The notes under the pieces: generated by a model | Databases searched by the model: none | Seen by the model: the letters and a program-made list of their open reading frames with translations, nothing else | Told to the model about the DNA's origin: nothing | Shown here: one piece after another, positions 1 to 8,909 of the stretch | Layout: each line of letters opens with the position of its first letter | How positions within the stretch are numbered: the stretch's first letter is position 1 | Virus record (IMG/VR): IMGVR_UViG_3300043429_000212 | Span: 1,081-65,080 of that record | Length of the DNA: 64,000 nucleotides | From: a virus | Taxonomy: Duplodnaviria > Caudoviricetes | Direction: 5' to 3' (one strand) | Made by a program: the position numbers and the translations under genes

Positions 1-195
1 GTGCCGGTGAAGCCCATGCAGACTGTTCCGCTTCGCTACCTTCCGGCCCGGGCTCGGTCTCGTGTAAACGGTCAAGGTCAGCCTCGGCCTGGGCGAGTGC
101 ATCGAGCACGTCCCGCTGGCTCGCTCGACCCCGCTGCGGCCCAGGCTCGCCGTCCTTCCCTGTGGTTTTGTACATGGCTGTGTATCTGTCCAGTG

Positions 196-345
196 ATGTT
201 CACATTATCCACAGGATGTTCAAACAGGGCAAGTTATCCACAGCTGTGGATAAGCCTTAGATCTGCCTCATTTTTGAGCATTCACCTATGAAGCCCTGTG
301 GATAACTTTGTGAACAACTCGCTAGAAGCTCCGATCTATTTTTCT
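196..345. promoter_or_regulatory. oriC-like cluster of DnaA boxes
   Basis: Perfect TTATCCACA at 205-213 and 234-242; perfect TGTGGATAA at 245-253 and 297-305; degenerate boxes at 196-204 and 309-317; GATCTATTTTTCT at 333-345 resembles an E. coli oriC 13-mer. Confidence 0.8.
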
Positions 346-542
346 GAAGGGCAAGGTATGCCTGGACCCCTTGCGTCGATCCTGGGCCGTTCTAGCGCGT
401 TCTAGCGGCATGTACGTCCATACAGGTATAGCCCTTGGGTTTACTTGGTCATCTGTCCCTGCTACTCACGCGCGCGGGCGCACACGTTCGTTGGTCAGAG
501 CACCCGGCTCTGATCTGCTAGCCCTATCGACTCATCAGGGTA

Positions 543-571
543 TTGCACTAGCTCCCGTTTGCACGCACAAT
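543..571 (+). promoter_or_regulatory. sigma70-type promoter of left early operon
   Basis: TTGCAC-17 bp-CACAAT, followed by two short leader hairpins and RBS ACAGGAGG at 615-622. Confidence 0.55.
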
Positions 572-629
572 CGGGGCTCCCCGGTCGGGGACGCGCAGCA
601 CGGTGCTGCGACGGACAGGAGGTTCTGAG

Positions 630-1211
630 ATGACACGCGAAGACTGGCTTACCACCCTGATCGAAGAGGTCAGGCCCCTTTTCCCCGCCCACACTGGGCA
701 GTCCCTCCCCGCCCGCATCCGCGTCGCCTGCGGATTCCCCAGCAGCGCCCGCCGCAGCGGCGCGATTGGCGAGTGCTGGGCTGATGCCTCCAGCGCGGAC
801 GGCACGGTCGAGATCCTCATCTCGCCGGTCCTGGACGACGTCACCACGGTGGCGGCGACCCTGGTGCATGAACTCTGTCATGCCCTGCCGGGTTCGATGA
901 ACCACTCGAAGACCTTTGCGACCCACGCCGCCAACATGGGTCTGGCCCCCGGCGCCAAGGGCTGGAAAAGCACCGGCCCTGGCCCCGACTTCGACGCCCG
1001 CTATGGGGCGATCCTGGGCGCCCTGGGCGCCTACCCGCATGCGCAGTTGATCCTGTCGGCGAAGCCGGCGCAGACCACTCGCATGCTGAAGGCGACCTGC
1101 CCGTCTTGCGGGTTCACGATCAGGCTGACCCGCACCTGGGCCGAGAAAGGTCTGCCCATCTGCTCCCAGGATGGCGAGCAGTTCGTCCTTGAGTCCAACG
1201 ACGGAGAGTGA
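630..1211 (+). CDS. SprT-like zinc metalloprotease with C-terminal zinc ribbon
   Basis: LVHELCHA (HExxH) with downstream H, and CPSC..C; ATG 630 after a strong RBS. Confidence 0.75.
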   Translation: MTREDWLTTLIEEVRPLFPAHTGQSLPARIRVACGFPSSARRSGAIGECWADASSADGTVEILISPVLDDVTTVAATLVHELCHALPGSMNHSKTFATHAANMGLAPGAKGWKSTGPGPDFDARYGAILGALGAYPHAQLILSAKPAQTTRMLKATCPSCGFTIRLTRTWAEKGLPICSQDGEQFVLESNDGE

Positions 1212-1215
1212 CCCA

Positions 1216-2712
1216 ATGAACACCCGAGTCCTTCAGACCCTCCTAGCCCTGCCCGGGGCACAACTCGCCCGGGCCGCAAATGCCATCTGCGGACCTGCCG
1301 AGCGGACCAAGGTCGAGGCCGCGCAGGCCCTCGCGCAGAAGGTTTCACATGGAACAGTGAGCATGGACGACGTGCGGCTAGCGGCATCGAGCACGCCCCT
1401 CCAGCCGCCCGCCATGCCCGTCACCCTGGGCAAGCCGCAGCCCGCCTTCCAGCCGCCCCGCCCCTCCACTCCCCAGGCCGATCCCCGCATCGAGGCGACC
1501 GCCCAGGTCGCTGCCCGGACCGAGGCGGAGGTTCTCAGCCTCGCCACCGAGGTCCGGACGATCAAGGGAAATCTGGTCGGCGTCGCTCAGGCAGTGGCCC
1601 AGGCCAAGGTGCTGGCCGAGGCATCAGACCGCGCCTCGGCCACCATCATGGCCGGGATCAAGGCCGAGATCGAGGCACTGCGCGATGCTGGCCCGGAGAT
1701 CAGGACCGAGATCGCCGCCCAGGTGCGGACGGCACTCGCCCCCCTGATCGCCCAGGCCACGCCGGAGACGGCCCCGGCCATCGTCGCTGCCACTGCGGCG
1801 CCTATCGGTCGGGCTAGCTGCATGCATGCGTTCGGCGTCGACCTGCGCGACGCCCAGGGCGGACCAGTGATGGTCGATCTTTGGGACGACCCCGAGGCGG
1901 AGAGCATCGACCCCGCCTATATCTGGACCGAGTCCCTCCTGCGGCGCCTGATCCTGGGCACCGAGTCCAATGTGTGGCTAGGTGGCCCGAAGGGCACGGG
2001 CAAGAGCGAGGCCCTGCGCCAGTTCGCCGCCCGCACCGGGCGACGCTTTGTGCGGATCAACTTCCGCAAGTACAGCACCCAGGAGGACTACATCGGCGCC
2101 ACCGGCCTGGACGCGGGCAAGACGGGCTTCCAGCCCGGCCCCTTCCTGCGGGCCTACGTCCACCCGGGATGCGTGATCCTGTTGGACGAGGTCAGCAACA
2201 CCGACCCCGGCGAACTCGCCCCGCTCAACGGTCTTCTGGAGCCCCGCGCCGCCGTCACCATCGGCGGGTCAGTCTGGCGCCGCGCCTCGGGCGTGTTCAT
2301 CGCTGCCGCAGACAACACCCTCGGCACGGGTGACCAGTCGGGCCGCTATGCCGGCACTCGGGGGATGAACAGCGCCCTCATGGACCGGTTTGGGCTTGTC
2401 TCGCGCATGGACTACCTGCCGCGCAGGCTGGAGACGGACGCGCTGGTGCGCCATACAGGGTGCTCTCAGGCCCTCGCCGATCATGTGATGGACGCGATCC
2501 AGGTCTGCCGCGCCAAGGTCGATACCGGCGAGGTCATCGATGCACCGTCAATCCGCAGCGCGGTGGCATTCATTCGCGCCCTGCGACTGATGCCAGTAGA
2601 TGAAGCCTGGGCCGACACCATCGTGGCCCGCCAGCCGGTCGAGTCTCACCCGGCACTAGCAGCCGTTTACACGGCGACCATCAACCACGACACGATCAAG
2701 GGGGCACTGTGA
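1216..2712 (+). CDS. CobS/MoxR-like AAA+ ATPase
   Basis: Walker A GPKGTGKS, Walker B ILLDE, AADN sensor, ALMDRF arginine finger; adjacent to a vWA gene. Confidence 0.85.
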   Translation: MNTRVLQTLLALPGAQLARAANAICGPAERTKVEAAQALAQKVSHGTVSMDDVRLAASSTPLQPPAMPVTLGKPQPAFQPPRPSTPQADPRIEATAQVAARTEAEVLSLATEVRTIKGNLVGVAQAVAQAKVLAEASDRASATIMAGIKAEIEALRDAGPEIRTEIAAQVRTALAPLIAQATPETAPAIVAATAAPIGRASCMHAFGVDLRDAQGGPVMVDLWDDPEAESIDPAYIWTESLLRRLILGTESNVWLGGPKGTGKSEALRQFAARTGRRFVRINFRKYSTQEDYIGATGLDAGKTGFQPGPFLRAYVHPGCVILLDEVSNTDPGELAPLNGLLEPRAAVTIGGSVWRRASGVFIAAADNTLGTGDQSGRYAGTRGMNSALMDRFGLVSRMDYLPRRLETDALVRHTGCSQALADHVMDAIQVCRAKVDTGEVIDAPSIRSAVAFIRALRLMPVDEAWADTIVARQPVESHPALAAVYTATINHDTIKGAL

Positions 2713-4250
2713 TCGACACCATCAAAGCCCTGCTCGGGCGCCCGAGCATCCTGGGCTATCAGGCCCGGCACGGGCTGGAGACTTTCGCCCACGTCGCCTG
2801 CTCGGCCCTGGGTCTGCCACCCGTCCGGGTCCAGTGGGAGGCCGGCACCATGACTGCGGCAATCAACCGGCACGGGGATCTGATCCTGAGCGATATCCCC
2901 GACGATGCCCAGGTCGCCCGCAAGCAGTTCGCCCGCTGGGTCGGTTTTGTCGTGCATGAGTTGCTGCACAGGCGCTACACCGACTTCGGCGCCCACGACG
3001 GGCGTCAGTATGTTGACGCGCTGCACAACGCCATCGAGGACGCATGGATTGAGTCCCAGGCTATCCGCTCGGGACTGCTCGGCAATATCCGGGGGGTGTT
3101 GTCGGAACTGATCGACGGCATGACCACCGATGCCCTGGGGCAGGTGGCCGACTGGTCCGACCCTAAGCAGTACCCCTACAGCCTCGCCGTGTTTACACGC
3201 CCCCATGCGAGCATCAAGGCCCCGGTGCCTGGAACCCTGCTCCCCATTTGGCAGGAAGCCGCTCGCCGGGTCACCCAGGCGCAGAGCAGCGCCGATACCC
3301 TCGCCATCGCCCGATGGGTCTACGATCAACTGCGCCTCCCGCCGCACAAGCAGCAGCAGCAACAGCAGCAGCAAGCCGGCCAGGGCGACGGTCAAGGGGA
3401 CGGGCAGGGCGACGGGCAGGGGGACGGCCAGGAAAGCCCCCAGGCGCCTGATGCCGGGTCTGCCAAGGTGCCTTCCCCTGGGCAGGAAGCGGCTGACGTC
3501 GAGCCCGGCATGGAGGGTGGAGGCGGCGCCTCATTCGGGCCCACTGGGGTGCTGCCCCGCGCCGGCCTGACCAGCAGTGCCCGGTGGACCGATACATCCC
3601 CCGTGCCTGGGTCGCTGAGGTTTCAGATGCGCCGCCTCCTGGAGGCCAGCGCGACCGACGATATGGAGTCGCACCGACTGTCGGGAAACCTGGACACTCG
3701 CCGCCTCGCCGCCTCGGCCTGGACCGGGCGAGTCTTTGCCCGCCGCAGCGAAGAGGCGGGGATTGATGCCGCGGTGATCGTCCTGGTCGACATGTCCGGG
3801 TCAATGTCTGGCGAGCGGGCGAAGGTCGCGGTCCCCGCTGCAATGGCCCTGCTCGAAACAATCGAGTCTGCCCAGGCGCAGAGCATGGGGGTCGCGTTCG
3901 GGGACAACGTGGGCCCCTTCAAGACCTGGACCGAGACGGTACGCCGCATCGCCCCCCAGGCCGCCCGCCTCGCCATCGACGGCGGCACGAACGATGCTTT
4001 CTCGATCCGTTGGTGCCACGACCAACTGTTGCGCCACCCGGCGCCCAGGAAGGTGCTGATCGTCCTGACTGACGGCGTCGGTGATATGCGCGAGGCCCGC
4101 AACCAGATCAAGGCCGGCACTCGGCTCGGGATCCGGACCATTGGCATTGGGATCCAGGCCGACGTTCAGCAGGTGTACGGCCAGGGATCGCCCAACGTCG
4201 TCGCCCTGCCTGACCTTGCCAAGGTCGCCTTTCGGAGTGTCACCAAGTGA
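2709..4250 (+). CDS. CobT-like vWA-domain protein with N-terminal metallopeptidase-like domain
   Basis: VHELLH..NAIED at the N-terminus; MIDAS DMSGSM, GGT and LTDG at the C-terminus. Confidence 0.85.
   Translation: MIDTIKALLGRPSILGYQARHGLETFAHVACSALGLPPVRVQWEAGTMTAAINRHGDLILSDIPDDAQVARKQFARWVGFVVHELLHRRYTDFGAHDGRQYVDALHNAIEDAWIESQAIRSGLLGNIRGVLSELIDGMTTDALGQVADWSDPKQYPYSLAVFTRPHASIKAPVPGTLLPIWQEAARRVTQAQSSADTLAIARWVYDQLRLPPHKQQQQQQQQAGQGDGQGDGQGDGQGDGQESPQAPDAGSAKVPSPGQEAADVEPGMEGGGGASFGPTGVLPRAGLTSSARWTDTSPVPGSLRFQMRRLLEASATDDMESHRLSGNLDTRRLAASAWTGRVFARRSEEAGIDAAVIVLVDMSGSMSGERAKVAVPAAMALLETIESAQAQSMGVAFGDNVGPFKTWTETVRRIAPQAARLAIDGGTNDAFSIRWCHDQLLRHPAPRKVLIVLTDGVGDMREARNQIKAGTRLGIRTIGIGIQADVQQVYGQGSPNVVALPDLAKVAFRSVTK
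3351..3431 (+). repeat. coding low-complexity linker: poly-Gln followed by GDGQ x4
   Basis: CAG/CAA run followed by 12-bp imperfect tandem repeats. Confidence 0.9.
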
Positions 4251-4318
4251 ATGCTGACCGGGCCATGCTGGCCCTTTTCGTCCTGGTCCTGCTGCTGATG
4301 GTGGCAGGGATCATCTAA
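4247..4318 (+). CDS. 23-aa hydrophobic micropeptide MNADRAMLALFVLVLLLMVAGII
   Basis: GTGA start overlaps the upstream stop; fills the gap; single TM-like helix. Confidence 0.45.
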   Translation: MNADRAMLALFVLVLLLMVAGII

Positions 4319-4338
4319 CCCATCGAGGAGGTTTCCTG

Positions 4339-4683
4339 ATGTTCACGACCGATCTGTATGTGCGCCTGACGCACCACTTCGCCCCGGGATGGTCCGACCT
4401 GGACGACGACCGGCACGTAGGCATGGCCCGTCTTACCCCGTGGCGACTGGCCCGACCGTCTCAAGACTACGACGATGGTGGCGTTTACACGTCCACCGCC
4501 ACCGTCCGCACCCAGGACCGCCGCGCCGCCCGCGCCATCGAACGAGCCCTGGCCGATACCCTGGGGGGGTCGCGGTGCAGGCATGAGCACGACTGCTGCG
4601 GCTGCGCCTATCGACGGGTGGAGGCGAGGAGGGTCGGCAAGCACCGGTACGCGGTGCGTATGTCCGTCACGTTCAACTATTGA
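4339..4683 (+). CDS. hypothetical protein with CxHxHDCCGC motif
   Basis: RBS GAGGAGG; ORF in operon context. Confidence 0.7.
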   Translation: MFTTDLYVRLTHHFAPGWSDLDDDRHVGMARLTPWRLARPSQDYDDGGVYTSTATVRTQDRRAARAIERALADTLGGSRCRHEHDCCGCAYRRVEARRVGKHRYAVRMSVTFNY

Positions 4684-4704
4684 TTGTCAACAGGAGATGT
4701 AAAC

Positions 4705-5283
4705 ATGACACGTTACGAGATCGCCAAGCAGCAGCGGGTCGCCGTCCGCGCCGCCATCCGGGCACTGAACCTGCCCGGGGTCACGGTGGATGAGAACGAC
4801 TGCGGCTACATCCGAGTCGAGTCGCATGGGCAACTGTCCCTGCTTCCGATGTCCTTTGGACATCGGGATGAGTTCACCATCAGGGCTGACCACTACCGCG
4901 CCCGCCCCGGGCAGTACCCGCTGCGCGAAGGACAGTACAACCTGCCGGGGATCCTGCGGACGGTTCGCACCCTCGTGGAGCAGGCCCACGGTCGCAATCA
5001 AGCATGCGCTGCACGCTTGACAAAAGAAGAGTTGGAGGAGCACAACTACAAGGTTTCTGTTGCGTTGCTTCACGCAGTTGCATCGACGCATGGGTGGACC
5101 GTTAGCGTTGCTCTTGGGGAACCCCAGGTCTACATCAAGGGCTTGCGGATCACTGGCTCGCATGCCTACGCACACAGACTGCGCGTCCATTGGCTGGGTC
5201 AGGTGATCGCGGAGGCACGACCCGAGACGCTGCCCGCGTTCGTCGCAGCACTCGACAACTTCCTCAAGATGAATGAGGTGTAA
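4705..5283 (+). CDS. hypothetical protein
   Basis: RBS ACAGGAG, ATG 4705. Confidence 0.7.
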   Translation: MTRYEIAKQQRVAVRAAIRALNLPGVTVDENDCGYIRVESHGQLSLLPMSFGHRDEFTIRADHYRARPGQYPLREGQYNLPGILRTVRTLVEQAHGRNQACAARLTKEELEEHNYKVSVALLHAVASTHGWTVSVALGEPQVYIKGLRITGSHAYAHRLRVHWLGQVIAEARPETLPAFVAALDNFLKMNEV

Positions 5284-5285
5284 AC

Positions 5286-5657
5286 ATGAAGATCAAGACA
5301 GAAGACCTCCCCGGCCCCGCCCTTGACTGGGCGGTGGCGAAGTGTGAAGGCTGGGATAAATATCTGGAAAATGATTTGCCGGTTCGTTATGCGGATGCGG
5401 ATGGTCAGGACATAGCATGGAGCCCCTCAACCGACTGGTCCCAAGGTGGGCCGATCATCGAGCGCGAGGAGATCGGCATCCGGCGCAACGCCCCCTGCTC
5501 TGACGGCAGGCAATGGGAGGCGTTCGGCAGCATCACTGCCAAGGGTGCAGGGTATCGGTGGGGCTACGGTCCCACTCCCCTGGTCGCAGCCATGCGCTGC
5601 TACGTCGCAAGCAAACTAGGGGAAGAGGTTGAGATCCCCAACGAACTCATTGTGTAA
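5286..5657 (+). CDS. NinX/DUF2591-like phage protein
   Basis: LDWAVA, SPSTDWSQGGPIIERE and GPTPLVAAMRCYV motifs. Confidence 0.75.
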   Translation: MKIKTEDLPGPALDWAVAKCEGWDKYLENDLPVRYADADGQDIAWSPSTDWSQGGPIIEREEIGIRRNAPCSDGRQWEAFGSITAKGAGYRWGYGPTPLVAAMRCYVASKLGEEVEIPNELIV

Positions 5658-5671
5658 ACAGGAGAACAGAG

Positions 5672-6052
5672 ATGAACACGCACAAGCTCGCCATTGGGAT
5701 CATCCGCGAGGTGGCACTCGGGAAGCGGGAGGCATGGGATGTCCTCTGCCTTGTGGCGGAACATGAGCCCGACTCACTGTGCCGCGCCCTGGGGGTTTCG
5801 ATCCCCTCGGGCTGGACCCGTGCTGGGTCTGGCACTCATGCCAAGTGGGTGGACGACGTGATCACGGCCATGCCCCTCAATAAGGTCGAGGCTATCAAAA
5901 TCCTCCGAGCCAACCGGGGTCTCGGCTTGAAGGAAGCCAAGGATGTCTGTGACAAGGCGTCGGATCAGCACCGCATGGCGATGGATGCTTCCCTGATCAG
6001 GGAAACCATTGCCACCTGGAATGCCCCGAAGCCCAACGACATTCCTTTCTGA
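5672..6052 (+). CDS. protein with ribosomal protein bL12 (L7/L12) C-terminal-domain-like segment
   Basis: NKVEAIKILRANRGLGLKEAKDVCD matches the bL12 CTD signature; ends in NDIPF. Confidence 0.7.
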   Translation: MNTHKLAIGIIREVALGKREAWDVLCLVAEHEPDSLCRALGVSIPSGWTRAGSGTHAKWVDDVITAMPLNKVEAIKILRANRGLGLKEAKDVCDKASDQHRMAMDASLIRETIATWNAPKPNDIPF

Positions 6053-6285
6053 TGATCAAGACCATCAGCCACCATGCCCCTCAGTTTCTGAAGGAGGCAT
6101 GGCCCCTCCATCAGGAGTCCATCCTTCTGGTGCCGACCATTGACCACGTCCTGCCCGGCGAAGTGTTTATACAGTGGCAGGGCAAAGGCTACGGACTGTA
6201 TCGTCTGACAGAGGACCGGGCACCCAGGTATATCGGCCTGTACCGTGACCTGATGAGTGCCCTGTTCAAAGGGAAGCAGTTATGA
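6052..6285 (+). CDS. hypothetical protein
   Basis: Translationally coupled last gene of the operon. Confidence 0.55.
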   Translation: MIKTISHHAPQFLKEAWPLHQESILLVPTIDHVLPGEVFIQWQGKGYGLYRLTEDRAPRYIGLYRDLMSALFKGKQL

Positions 6286-6379
6286 GCCGAATATGAGCCG
6301 AATATGAGCCAAATATGATCCAAACATTTTGGCTCGCATTTAGCTCATAGGGACAGATATGAGCCAAACATGATCCAAC
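6280..6379. repeat. 11-bp tandem repeats ATATGAGCC(G/A)A with inverted copies (iteron-like)
   Basis: Four tandem copies 6280-6323, two degenerate inverted copies 6328-6349, two more direct copies 6357-6378. Confidence 0.85.
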
Positions 6380-6397
6380 GGGGCTTCGGCCCCGTTG
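6376..6397. terminator. hairpin between convergent operons
   Basis: CAACGGGGC-TTCG-GCCCCGTTG, a perfect 9-bp stem with cUUCGg loop; weak U tract. Confidence 0.65.
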
Positions 6398-6407
6398 TTC
6401 ATTGTCG

Positions 6408-6436
6408 GGAACGAACAGGAACGAACGGGACCGAAC
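6408..6436. repeat. 10-bp period repeat GGA(A/C)CGAAC x3
   Basis: Copies at 6408, 6418 and 6428. Confidence 0.75.
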
Positions 6437-6438
6437 GA

Positions 6439-8136
6439 TCAGAAGTTGTCCAGGTTCTCGACGTAGGTGCCTGATGTTCGGTTGAACAGGAGGGTAGTTT
6501 CCCCCTGCGTTCCGACCCACCGATACCGGCACTTCCACACTGCGACCTCTACATACCGCTCCTGACGGTGTACCGTCAGCCCACAGTCAGCCTTGGCCCA
6601 CCATGCCATCGACCCACTGATGCTCATGCCATCCGGCCTGGGTTGATCCGCGCCCGACCTCTGCATCTTTGACGGGTGCGCCACGAACCATGTGTGTACG
6701 TCTTGAGCCTTGCAGAACCTCTGGATCCTGGTCAGCATCTGACTGATAGCGTCCGTCTCTGTAGTGTCCTTGCGATCCAGGTCGATGTAGTTGTATGGGT
6801 CGATCACCATCCCTCGGATCCCCATACGCTTGACCGCAGCCCTGGCCCTGGTCAGGATGGAATCCAGGGTGTTGGGCTCTTCTCCCGCTGAGTCAATGAA
6901 TAGGAAGTGATCCTTGACCCATGTAAACGCTTCGTTCTTTTCCTCTTCGGACATTCGATCCCTGCCCTCGAAGAACCGCTTCCGCAGGTAGATTTCCATG
7001 AGCCTGCTGATATGGATCTCGGGGCTGTTCTCGAATGACGCGACCGCGAACTTCCAGTCGCTCTTCTGTGCGAGGTTGACCATTAGCTGATCAACGAAGT
7101 TCGACTTGCCCGAGGACGGATAGCCGGTGACCACGGTCAACTGACCCGGCGCCACCGTGTAGATGGAGTCGAGTGCCGGATACCCGGTGCTGAAACCCGA
7201 CCCCTGCCCTCGGGTATAGAGTTCGTTTACACGCTCTGCGAAGGTAGACGCATCCGACAGGCCGGCGATGGGGTACGGTTCCGCCGCCTCCACGATCCCC
7301 CGCACCTCCTCTTTGCCATTCCGAGAGGGGTCATTGAGGATCTCGTTGAAATCCTTTCCGTCGAACTTCGCAAGACGGCACTTGTCCTTGCCGATCCGGC
7401 GAGCCAACTCCTCGGCCAACGCTTGCCCAGGAGGGTCTTGGTCTGTAGCCAAGACAACGTATGGAACTGCATCCAAGAGTTCCCGTGCGTTCCATACAAA
7501 TGCGAACTTCTTGTCCTCAGATGGAAGAACTTTCCCATCTGCCACCTTCAGCGGCGCACCACCGGGCACGGAGACGACGTTATCGATGCCCGCCTCTCGT
7601 GCTGAGAGGACATCAATCTCTCCTTCGACTATGACCAGAGGCTTGGTCTTGTCTGCCCACTGCATGCCGAAGAAGTCATGCGCCCCTCCGGCATCCTGTG
7701 TAAATGCCTTCTCAGGTACAGCCCTGTACTTGGCCGCGACCATCGCTCCGTCCCGGAAGTACGGGAACCCAATGGCGTCCTCCTCCCGGTCTAGCTTGTT
7801 GAAGTACTTCCTCGTTGAGAAGAGCTTCGCATCGTCTGCCGTCAGCCTTGAGATGCCTCTGCCCTCAAGCCAAACGTAATGCTCTTCAGATAGCCTTGCG
7901 TCCTGTATCTTAGGAACAGCCTGCACGTATCTCTCCTTCCTGTGTTCTCTGTTATCCCTTGAAGGGACGATCCCGTTTACACCGCAGTGATGGCAAAAGT
8001 ACAGCACTGACCCGTCGTCTTTACGGGTCAAGGTCATGTCTTTGCTTCTTGTTTTCTTCCTGTCTCTGGTGCATTCAGGACAGGTTATGCGGGCGTGATC
8101 GTTGAAGTGTGTTTGCTCAAGGAGCGCTTCGATCAT
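6439..8136 (-). CDS. bifunctional DNA primase-helicase (T7 gp4/Twinkle-like)
   Basis: Zn finger CPEC..CHHC, TOPRIM IVEGEID and ATDQD, Walker A GYPSSGKS, IDPYN, VAHP. Confidence 0.92.
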   Translation of the reverse strand: MIEALLEQTHFNDHARITCPECTRDRKKTRSKDMTLTRKDDGSVLYFCHHCGVNGIVPSRDNREHRKERYVQAVPKIQDARLSEEHYVWLEGRGISRLTADDAKLFSTRKYFNKLDREEDAIGFPYFRDGAMVAAKYRAVPEKAFTQDAGGAHDFFGMQWADKTKPLVIVEGEIDVLSAREAGIDNVVSVPGGAPLKVADGKVLPSEDKKFAFVWNARELLDAVPYVVLATDQDPPGQALAEELARRIGKDKCRLAKFDGKDFNEILNDPSRNGKEEVRGIVEAAEPYPIAGLSDASTFAERVNELYTRGQGSGFSTGYPALDSIYTVAPGQLTVVTGYPSSGKSNFVDQLMVNLAQKSDWKFAVASFENSPEIHISRLMEIYLRKRFFEGRDRMSEEEKNEAFTWVKDHFLFIDSAGEEPNTLDSILTRARAAVKRMGIRGMVIDPYNYIDLDRKDTTETDAISQMLTRIQRFCKAQDVHTWFVAHPSKMQRSGADQPRPDGMSISGSMAWWAKADCGLTVHRQERYVEVAVWKCRYRWVGTQGETTLLFNRTSGTYVENLDNF

Positions 8137-8410
8137 CTATGTTCCCGTCAAAGAGGTCATGTTGGTTGCGAGCCTGTTCAACATGACTCTCGATGATATT
8201 CTTGATCTTCCTTTCCCAACTGCTCGGATACAGGGCAAAGCAATGACTTCCGCCACCATTGGTCTTTGGCCTGTTGTCCTTGGGAGGCTGCTCGCCAAAC
8301 TCTTTGAAGTAGATGGATGCCATCTCAGAGCCGATAGACCAAGCAGTCTTCTTGTCAAGCGTCACGCCCATATTGCGCGCCACTTGTGGAACAGTGATCC
8401 TTTGGTTCAC
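8117..8410 (-). CDS. hypothetical, possibly DNA-binding protein
   Basis: Coupled ORF; N-terminal HTH-like TVPQVARNMGV. Confidence 0.6.
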   Translation of the reverse strand: MNQRITVPQVARNMGVTLDKKTAWSIGSEMASIYFKEFGEQPPKDNRPKTNGGGSHCFALYPSSWERKIKNIIESHVEQARNQHDLFDGNIDDRSAP

Positions 8411-8643
8411 TTCATCGACCCATCCTTCCGCCTGGGGAAGCTGCGGTTCTTGGACGGGCTCATCAGCTTGTAGCCATCCTTGTTTGAACCGCCCTTGGAC
8501 AGCGCAACGGTGTGCGCCACATCCTTGCCCTTTCGATCCACTCCCTTCGCATCCAAGGCTCTCCTGGCCCTTTGACGCTCCATCCGAGAGGGGTGTTCAC
8601 CTCTCGCTTTCTGGGTCTCGTACTCCTGCTTGTAGTCTCTCAT
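8407..8643 (-). CDS. small basic HNH-like protein
   Basis: KDVAH..LSKGGSN..KNRS resembles minimal HNH-fold phage proteins. Confidence 0.6.
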   Translation of the reverse strand: MRDYKQEYETQKARGEHPSRMERQRARRALDAKGVDRKGKDVAHTVALSKGGSNKDGYKLMSPSKNRSFPRRKDGSMK

Positions 8644-8909
8644 TGCAGGCCCCCCGGGGCATCATGCACGATCTGTGCGGCTCGATCCGAGATCATGTCC
8701 AACGCCTGAGCCAGAGCATTGATGACACCGTCCGGGTTCGTGTTGAAACTGGAGACAGCGAGCTTGTAGCTCTCGTCGTCAATGTCATCGACGGTGATCA
8801 GGATGACTCTCTTCCTCAGAGAACCATCCCCCAGCTTGTCAACGATCTCGTTGAGATGCTCAATGCTGGCCTCGATCTCGCTCTTCGTAAGGTCTCTCAC
8901 TTGCTTCAT
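8640..8909 (-). CDS. hypothetical protein
   Basis: ATGA-coupled ORF. Confidence 0.6.
   Translation of the reverse strand: MKQVRDLTKSEIEASIEHLNEIVDKLGDGSLRKRVILITVDDIDDESYKLAVSSFNTNPDGVINALAQALDMISDRAAQIVHDAPGGLQ

Noticed and set aside
1-628. ORFs 1-291 and 371-628
   Set aside because: No RBS or recognisable motifs; they overlap the DnaA boxes and promoter, so the region is treated as non-coding
1216-4250. True cobalamin biosynthesis genes cobS/cobT
   Set aside because: No cobN or other cob genes; only the generic AAA+/vWA architecture is supported, so no gene symbols were assigned
6280-6437. Possible CRISPR or mini-array
   Set aside because: Units are 10-11 bp and abut without unique spacers; no cas operon
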